From assembly GCA_047602125.1 (NCBI GenBank), contig JASGIB010000001.1:911284-975283 (forward strand): DNA of 64,000 nucleotides. The letters are read 5' to 3'. The position numbers were made by a program, and so were the translations under genes. Below are positions 58,021-64,000 of the stretch, piece after piece (the stretch's first letter is position 1; the number at the start of each line of letters is the position of its first letter). The notes under the pieces are model-generated. The model was not told the DNA's origin. It was given only the letters and a program-made list of their open reading frames with translations, and did no database searches. The DNA is from Thermomonas sp. GTDB taxonomy: Bacteria; Pseudomonadota; Gammaproteobacteria; Xanthomonadales; Xanthomonadaceae.

Positions 58021-58904
58021 TGCGGCGATGTTCCTTCCTCCCACTGCAGCGCCGTGTACGCCGACCCCGGCAATCCGTTCCCGCCGCTGCGCACGATCGC
58101 GTGCAGCACCGTTTCGCGGCCGTTCCGTAGCCGTGCGCGGCTCCAAATACTATACGTGCCGGTGCCGCCATCGCTCAGCGGCTGGCCATCGGGCAGCACC
58201 GGCGGCGGCTGGCCGCTGGCCGGATCCCAGCGCCTGCGCTGGGCGACGATGCCGTTCGCGTCCAACCCCATCGCCGCCAGTACTTCCGGCGCGGCATAGG
58301 AGGCATCGGGCGTGTCGTTGCCGCTGAATACGGTCAGGAACGGCTCGACCCTGGCGTAGATCGCGGGCGTCATCCCCAGTACCTGCTCGACCTCGGCGAT
58401 GCTTTCGAACGGCGCGTCCTTGGCGCCGTAGGGCCGCCCGGCCGCGGCGTAGTCGTCGTCCTCGGCGCCGCCGGAGGGCTGGATCAACGAATCCGGATCG
58501 CGCCAGTCGAGGATCGCGCCGGCGATGCGGTCGGCGTCGCCGGGCGGCACGCCGACCTGGCGGAACAGCGCCGCCAGCAACGGCGACTGCGCGGCATTGA
58601 GGTCCACCTTGCCCATCTCGTCCACGATGCGAACGCTCACGTCGGCATCGCCGAAATACCAGGCGTTGTCGCGGCCATCCGGTACCCAGCGCAGGCGTCG
58701 ATCGTCGGCGTTGACCCGGACCAGCGCGTATTCGAGGCCGGCGCGCGCGGCCTCGCCCGCGACCACGCCGTCGCGCAGCACGCTGCCCTGCAGGCGTTCC
58801 ATCTGCGCGGTGCGCGCGAAACCGCCGACCAGCGCGGCGAACAGCGCCACCAACCACAGCACCAGCAGCAGGGCCACGCCGCGCGATGTCCGCATCCCGT
58901 TCAC
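58017..58904 (-). CDS. gspK: T2SS minor pseudopilin GspK
   Basis: RG|VALLLVLW cleavage site, GKVDLN, ILDWRDPD. Start is GTG 58904 or ATG 58895. Confidence 0.9.
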   Translation of the reverse strand: MNGMRTSRGVALLLVLWLVALFAALVGGFARTAQMERLQGSVLRDGVVAGEAARAGLEYALVRVNADDRRLRWVPDGRDNAWYFGDADVSVRIVDEMGKVDLNAAQSPLLAALFRQVGVPPGDADRIAGAILDWRDPDSLIQPSGGAEDDDYAAAGRPYGAKDAPFESIAEVEQVLGMTPAIYARVEPFLTVFSGNDTPDASYAAPEVLAAMGLDANGIVAQRRRWDPASGQPPPVLPDGQPLSDGGTGTYSIWSRARLRNGRETVLHAIVRSGGNGLPGSAYTALQWEEGTSPQ

Positions 58905-59569
58905 AGGCGGTCGTGGGCCTGCAGCACGTCGCCCTGGTCGCTGCCCTCGCCGCCGGCCAGCGGCAAGGCCACGACCAGCGACGGCCACGCGCGCCCGTCC
59001 TTGTCGACGAGGTCGATCGACACCTGCAGCGGCAACAGGTCCGCGCTGGCCCAGGAATCGCTCCAGCCGCCGAGTTCCCCGTCCGCGGTCATGCCACGGT
59101 AGCGGAAGCGCACGTCGCCGAGGCCATCGACCAGCACGTCCGGCGGGCGTGGCGGCGATTCGACGATGGTTTCCCCGCCGAGCGCCATCGCCAGCCCGAC
59201 TTCGATGCGTTCGGTGGAATCGGCATTGCGGACCACGTGCAGCGTATGCACGTACGGACCGCCGCGACCGAGGTAATCCGGCAGGTCGGCGACGAAGCGC
59301 ATCTGTTCGCCGTCGCCGCTGAAGCGCAGTTGCTGGCCGCTGGTCTCGTCCAGCGCATACGCGATCGGGCGCGCCGAGCTCAACCGCCGGCGCAGGAAAT
59401 TGCTCACCGCGCGCATGCGCTCGTCGCGCTGCGCGACCTGTTCGCCGCGGGTCGCGGTCGCGCTGGCGGCGCGCAGGCTGGCGAAGGCGAGCGCAAGCCC
59501 GCTGGCGAGCAGCACGGTGGCGAGGATCACCTCGATCAAGGTGAAGCCGCGTGCACGTCGCGCGTTCAC
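58901..59569 (-). CDS. gspJ: T2SS minor pseudopilin GspJ
   Basis: RG|FTLIEVILA prepilin motif. Confidence 0.9.
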   Translation of the reverse strand: MNARRARGFTLIEVILATVLLASGLALAFASLRAASATATRGEQVAQRDERMRAVSNFLRRRLSSARPIAYALDETSGQQLRFSGDGEQMRFVADLPDYLGRGGPYVHTLHVVRNADSTERIEVGLAMALGGETIVESPPRPPDVLVDGLGDVRFRYRGMTADGELGGWSDSWASADLLPLQVSIDLVDKDGRAWPSLVVALPLAGGEGSDQGDVLQAHDRL

Positions 59570-60003
59570 GGTTCCGCCCCCGCCGGTTCGGGCTGTACCA
59601 GCCGCAGGGTCGAAACCTGCAACTGCTGGCTCGCCGCATCGCCCCATGCGACGCGCAGCGACACCGCCAGCAGCGATGGCGCGAACATGTCCTGCGGCTG
59701 GTCCGTCGGCGGCGGTTGCGCCGGATCGCGCCATGGCGCGATGTCGAGCTGCCAACGGAAACGCCCGTTCTCGAAATCGCCGCGCCGTTGTCCCGGCGCC
59801 AGCGCCTCGCCGACGCCGAGCTGGTCGAGCAGCGATTGCGCATGCAGCGCCGCGCGGCCGGCATCATCGGCCCAGCGCACCTGCTTGCTCGCGCCCGACA
59901 GCGTGCCGAGCAGCAGGGTGAGCGCGAGCGCCAGCACCGCGAAGGCGACGATCACCTCGATCAGGGTGTAGCCGCGCACGCGATGCATCGCAGGCAGGTT
60001 CAT
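59566..60003 (-). CDS. gspI: T2SS minor pseudopilin GspI
   Basis: RG|YTLIEVIVAF prepilin motif. Confidence 0.9.
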   Translation of the reverse strand: MNLPAMHRVRGYTLIEVIVAFAVLALALTLLLGTLSGASKQVRWADDAGRAALHAQSLLDQLGVGEALAPGQRRGDFENGRFRWQLDIAPWRDPAQPPPTDQPQDMFAPSLLAVSLRVAWGDAASQQLQVSTLRLVQPEPAGAEP

Positions 60004-60452
60004 GGCGAACGCGCGTCCACGCGCTTCACCCGCACTTCGCCGGTGAGCCAGGCCACGTCGATGTCGCGCGCCGCGTCCTTCGCGCTCAGGCGGATGCGCC
60101 CGCCCGTGGAGGCGCCGTCGGGGAAGAAGGCGATGCCGCCCTCGCTCGCGCTCGGCTGCACTTCACGCGCGCCGTAGAACGCGATGCCGAGCTGCTTCGG
60201 CAAGCTGCCGTGGCGCTCCTTCGGCGCCTTCCACGCGTGCGCGCGTGGGTCGATGCTGAAGTCCTGGCGCTTGCCGGTGGCGAGCGCCTGCGCCCGGGTG
60301 AAGCGCAGTTGCGCGGCGATTTCGCTGCTCGCCGAACGCAGGCGGATGCCGTCGAAGCCGCCGGTCATCGCCGATGCCGCGAGCAGGCCGGCGAAGGCGA
60401 TGATCGCCATCACCAGCAGCATTTCCAGCAGCGAGAATCCCCGCGCGCGCAT
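60000..60452 (-). CDS. gspH: T2SS minor pseudopilin GspH
   Basis: RG|FSLLEMLLVM; IAFFPDGASTGG. Confidence 0.9.
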   Translation of the reverse strand: MRARGFSLLEMLLVMAIIAFAGLLAASAMTGGFDGIRLRSASSEIAAQLRFTRAQALATGKRQDFSIDPRAHAWKAPKERHGSLPKQLGIAFYGAREVQPSASEGGIAFFPDGASTGGRIRLSAKDAARDIDVAWLTGEVRVKRVDARSP

Positions 60453-60471
60453 CGCCCGCGCCCCCGGCGCG

Positions 60472-60903
60472 TTATTCGAACGCGATGTCGGCGTCGACGC
60501 TTTCGCCACCGGGCTTGCCGTCCTTGCCCAGGCAGATCAGGTCGAAGGGCTTGCCGTCGCCCGGCACGCGGTACTCGAAGGGATGGTTCCACGGATCCTT
60601 GAGTTCGCCCGGCTTCGCGTACGGGCCGAGCCAGCCGCTGGCATTGCCGGGCGCGGTGACGAGGTCGTCGAGCGAATTGGGCAGCGTGCCGGTGTCGTTC
60701 TCGTACTGCTGCACCTTCTCGGCCAGCGTCTGCACCTGCGACTTGGCGAGGTTGTAGCGCGCGCGGTCGCCGCCGCCGAGGATGCGGCTCGCGGCGAACG
60801 CGACGATGCCGCCGATCAGCACCACGACGAGGATGATTTCGATCAGGCTGAAGCCGGACTGCGAAGCGCGGCGCTGAAGCTGGATGTTGCGGCGGTTCAT
60901 CAT
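60472..60903 (-). CDS. gspG: T2SS major pseudopilin GspG
   Basis: SG|FSLIEIILVV, WLGPY, DPWNHPFEY, GKDGKPGG; GAGG RBS before ATG 60903. Confidence 0.95.
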   Translation of the reverse strand: MMNRRNIQLQRRASQSGFSLIEIILVVVLIGGIVAFAASRILGGGDRARYNLAKSQVQTLAEKVQQYENDTGTLPNSLDDLVTAPGNASGWLGPYAKPGELKDPWNHPFEYRVPGDGKPFDLICLGKDGKPGGESVDADIAFE

Positions 60904-60953
60904 GCGTTTCCTCGGGAATCCATTGCTCATTGTGGCCGATAACGCCGTGCGCC

Positions 60954-62171
60954 TCAGCCGATCACGTTGGTGAGGTCGTAGATCGGGCTGAGCACCGCGA
61001 GGATGACCATGCCCACCACCGCCGCCAGCACCATGGTCACCACCGGCACCAGCGCGGCCAGCATGCGGTCCAGCGCCAGCCCGGTTTCCTGCTCGAAGGT
61101 GTCGGCGGTCTTCAGCAACATGCCGTCGAGCGCGCCGGACTCCTCGCCCACCTGGATCATCTGCAACGCCAGCCGCGGGAAGCGCTTGCTGCGCCCCAGC
61201 GCGGCGGACAGGCCGACGCCGTTCTTCACTTCGTCCGCTGCGGCTTCGACCGCGTCGACGAGGGTGCGGTTCCCGAGCACGTTGCGGCCGATGCCCAGCG
61301 CGGTCAGCAACGGCACGCCGTTCCTGAGCAGGGTACCGAGCGTGCGCGCCAGCCGCGCGGTCTCGAGCTTGGCCACCAGCGGCCCGGCGAAGCGGCGTTC
61401 CAGCAGCCAGGCATCGAGCTTCGCGCGGAACACGGGGTCGCGGCGCTTGCGGTCCAGCCACACCAGCGCCAGCACCGGCACCGCCAGCAGCGCCCACCAC
61501 CAGCCGCGCACGAACATGCCCAGCCCGAGCACCAGCCGCGAGAACCACGGCAGCGGCGCATCGAGGCTGTCGTACATCGCCGCGAACTGCGGCACCACGT
61601 AGCCGAGCAGGAACATCAGGCTGAGCGTGACCATCACCAGCAGGATCGCCGGGTAGATCAGCGCGTTGATCACGCGCGAACGCAGCGCGCGGCTGCGTTC
61701 GAGGTATTCGGCGAGGCGTTGCAGGGTGTCGTGCAGGCTGCCGCCGGCCTCGCCGGCGCGGACCATGTTCACGTACAGGCGCGAGAACGTGCCGTGCTGG
61801 CGTTCCAGCGCCGTCGACAGCGACGCGCCGCCGCGCACCGCGTCGCGGATGTCGGTGATGGTGCGTTTCGCCAATGCGTCTTCGGGCAGTTCGAGCAGGA
61901 TGCCGAGCGCGCGGTCCAGCGGCTGCCCGGCGCCGAGCAGGGTCGCGAGCTGCTGGGTGAACTGCACCAGGCGTTCGCCGGCGAAGGGCTTGGGCTTGAA
62001 CAGCGCGCGCCAGGCGGATTCGCCGCCGCCTTCGCTGGCGAGCCTGGCCTCGATCGGCAAATGGCCCTGTTCCTGCAACCGCGCCGCGACTTCGGTGCCG
62101 CTCGCGGCTTCCATCTGGCCGTCGAGGGTTTCGCCGCGGGAATTCAGGGCTTTGTAGCGATAGAGGGGCAT
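60954..62171 (-). CDS. gspF: T2SS inner-membrane platform protein GspF
   Basis: FTQQLATLL.AG.PL, GEAGGSL, GEESGALD. Confidence 0.96.
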   Translation of the reverse strand: MPLYRYKALNSRGETLDGQMEAASGTEVAARLQEQGHLPIEARLASEGGGESAWRALFKPKPFAGERLVQFTQQLATLLGAGQPLDRALGILLELPEDALAKRTITDIRDAVRGGASLSTALERQHGTFSRLYVNMVRAGEAGGSLHDTLQRLAEYLERSRALRSRVINALIYPAILLVMVTLSLMFLLGYVVPQFAAMYDSLDAPLPWFSRLVLGLGMFVRGWWWALLAVPVLALVWLDRKRRDPVFRAKLDAWLLERRFAGPLVAKLETARLARTLGTLLRNGVPLLTALGIGRNVLGNRTLVDAVEAAADEVKNGVGLSAALGRSKRFPRLALQMIQVGEESGALDGMLLKTADTFEQETGLALDRMLAALVPVVTMVLAAVVGMVILAVLSPIYDLTNVIG

Positions 62172-62193
62172 GGTTCAGCGTGTCTGTTTTGCT

Positions 62194-62607
62194 CGTCATT
62201 CCAGCGAAGCGGCGCTACTTTCCAGCCATCATTCCCGCGAAAGCGGGAATCTCGCCTTTCAAGCCTCCGTACCGACGATCTTGCCCCAAAGATCGATCCA
62301 TTCCGGGTTCTCCTTTTCGATCAACTCGACCTTCCATTCGCGTCGCCATTTCTTGATCTGCTTCTCTCGGGTGATGGCCGAATGCATGGTGCCGTGGATT
62401 TCGTACCAAACCAGCATTGCGACATTGAATTTCTTGGTGAACCCGTCGACCGCATGCGTTCTGTGCTGCCAAGTCCTCGCGATCAAATCACTGGTGACAC
62501 CGATATACAGCACTCCGTAACGACGATGGGCAAGAATGTAGACGGCTGGCTGCTTTTCCATGCAAGCGATCTCAAAAAGACCAGATTCCCGCTTTCGCGG
62601 GAATGAC
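62194..62607. mobile_element. Putative REP-flanked GIY-YIG nuclease cassette inserted between gspE and gspF
   Basis: Perfect 24-bp inverted arms 62229-62252 and 62583-62606 (tcattcccgcgaaagcgggaatct); extra degenerate arm cgtcattccagcgaagcgg at 62194-62212; the interior is about 50% GC (61/120 counted at 62401-62520). Mobility itself is inferred. Confidence 0.65.
62259..62561 (-). CDS. Stand-alone GIY-YIG nuclease (100 aa)
   Basis: AVYIL..., LYIGVTSDL.AR..QH, GFTKKF, REKQIK.W.REWK..LIE..NPEW: conserved Tyr, Gly, Arg, His, Glu and Asn all present. Confidence 0.93.
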   Translation of the reverse strand: MEKQPAVYILAHRRYGVLYIGVTSDLIARTWQHRTHAVDGFTKKFNVAMLVWYEIHGTMHSAITREKQIKKWRREWKVELIEKENPEWIDLWGKIVGTEA

Positions 62608-62611
62608 AGAT

Positions 62612-64000
62612 CTAGGCATCCTCCGTCACGCGCAGCACTTCCTCGATCGTGGTCTCGCCCTGCATGGCCTTGGCGATGCCGTCCTCGTACATGGTGCGCA
62701 TGCCGGCGTTGCGCGCGAGCTGTTCCAGTTCGCCCATGCCTGCATGGCGCATCACCGCGCGGCGCAGTTCGTCGTCCATCACCAGGAATTCCATGATCGT
62801 GGTGCGTCCGAGGTAGCCGGTCGGGGCGATCGCGGAACCGCGCGGCCGGTACAGGAAGATCTCGCCCTCGGGCTGGAAGCGGCGCAGACCGAACTTCTCG
62901 ATTTCCTCGGGCGACGCCGGGTATTTCTCCGCGTGCGTCGGTTCCAGCCGACGCACCAGGCGCTGGGCGAGGATGCCGTTCACGGTGGACGTGAGCAGGT
63001 AGTCCTCGACGCCCATGTCGAGCATGCGGGTGATGCCGCCGGCGGCGTTGTTGGTATGCAGCGTCGACAGCACCAGGTGGCCGGTGAGCGCGGACTGAAT
63101 CGCGATGCGCGCGGTCTCGAGGTCGCGCATTTCGCCGATCATGATGATGTCCGGGTCCTGGCGGACGATGCTGCGCAGGGCGTTGGCGAAATCCAGCCCG
63201 ATCTGCGGCTTGGCCTGGATCTGGTTGATGCCCTCGATCTGGTATTCGACCGGATCCTCGACCGTGATGATCTTGACGTCCGGCGTGTTGAGCTTGCTCA
63301 GCGCGGTGTACAGCGTGGTGGTCTTGCCCGAACCGGTCGGGCCGGTGACCAGCAGGATGCCGTGCGGCTGGTCGAGCACGTGCTGGAACTGCGGCAGGAA
63401 CGCGTCGGTGAAGCCGAGGCGCTTGAAGTCGAACACCACGGTTTCGCGGTCGAGCAGTCGCATCACCACGCTCTCGCCGTGCGCGGTCGGCACGGTGGAG
63501 ACGCGCAGGTCGAGTTCCTTGCCCTGCACGCGCAGCATGATGCGGCCGTCCTGCGGCAGGCGGCGCTCGGCGATGTTGAGCCGCGCCATGATCTTGACGC
63601 GCGAGATCACCGCGGCGGTGAGGTTCTGCGGCGGCGATTCGCCTTCCTCGAGCACGCCGTCGATGCGGTAGCGCACCTTCAGGCGGTTCTCGAACGGCTC
63701 GATGTGGATGTCCGAGGCGCGCAGTTCAACCGCGCGCTGGATGATGAGGTTGACGAGGCGGATCACCGGCGCCTCGGAGGCGAGGTCGCGCAGGTGCTCG
63801 ACGTCGTCGATGTCGCCGGACGATTCGCCGTCGGCGGTTTCGACGATCGCACCCATCGCGCTGCGGCCCTGCCCGTGCCAGCGTTCGATCAGGTCGTCGA
63901 TTTCCGAACGCAGCGCGATGCGCGGGCGCACCGCGCGCCCGGTGGCGAGCCGCACCGCGTCCAGCGCGTAGGCGTCCTGCGGATCGGCGACGAGCAGGTC
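62612..64000 (-). CDS. gspE: T2SS ATPase GspE (5' part lies beyond the window)
   Basis: GPTGSGKTT, EDPVEY, RQDPD.IMIGEMRD, HTNNAAG; the frame stays open to 64000. Confidence 0.97.
   Translation of the reverse strand, partial: DLLVADPQDAYALDAVRLATGRAVRPRIALRSEIDDLIERWHGQGRSAMGAIVETADGESSGDIDDVEHLRDLASEAPVIRLVNLIIQRAVELRASDIHIEPFENRLKVRYRIDGVLEEGESPPQNLTAAVISRVKIMARLNIAERRLPQDGRIMLRVQGKELDLRVSTVPTAHGESVVMRLLDRETVVFDFKRLGFTDAFLPQFQHVLDQPHGILLVTGPTGSGKTTTLYTALSKLNTPDVKIITVEDPVEYQIEGINQIQAKPQIGLDFANALRSIVRQDPDIIMIGEMRDLETARIAIQSALTGHLVLSTLHTNNAAGGITRMLDMGVEDYLLTSTVNGILAQRLVRRLEPTHAEKYPASPEEIEKFGLRRFQPEGEIFLYRPRGSAIAPTGYLGRTTIMEFLVMDDELRRAVMRHAGMGELEQLARNAGMRTMYEDGIAKAMQGETTIEEVLRVTEDA

Noticed and set aside
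60911-60920. ctcgggaatc in the gspF-gspG spacer resembling half of the CGTC repeat
   Set aside because: Only 7 nt match with no partner arm; consistent with chance.
62172-62611. Target-site duplication around the GIY-YIG cassette and doublets A/B
   Set aside because: No matching direct repeats found at the outer flanks. The shared tctgtttt left of A and of the cassette may be coincidental or a terminator remnant.

Overview
High-GC chromosomal window from a Xanthomonadales/Lysobacteraceae-type gammaproteobacterium (inferred from gene order and the Xps-type T2SS). From left to right: the end of a glycan biosynthesis and tailoring locus (Wzx flippase, two methyltransferases, ATP-grasp ligase, two Fe(II)/2OG dioxygenases, DegT-family aminotransferase, GT2), divergent pilB-pilC-pilD-coaE, an S9 peptidase, a MutT-TenI fusion, secA, an M23 peptidase, a DciA/DUF721 protein, lpxC and the dcw cluster (mraZ to ftsZ, without murD), an NRDE protein, rnpB, rsmI/lpoA/yraN, the glyA-nrdR-rib-nusB-thiL region, ettA, pyrF, two GT2 genes and the xps/gsp T2SS operon (E partial to D). 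Most genes are housekeeping; the unusual signal is in the small palindromic repeats. (1) A roughly 50% GC, catalytically intact-looking 100-aa GIY-YIG nuclease gene is bracketed by inverted CGTC-tagged ATTCCCGC-GAAA-GCGGGAAT hairpin repeats and sits between gspE and gspF. Two nuclease-free doublets of the same repeat occur elsewhere (37563-37648 and 44022-44104), an architecture like RAYT/REP systems but with a GIY-YIG enzyme. (2) A GTAG/GTGG-type REP doublet is inserted in frame inside the essential murF gene. Start codons were re-chosen by hand where the ORF track extended into neighbouring genes. No tools were run; the GC values quoted are hand counts on short samples.
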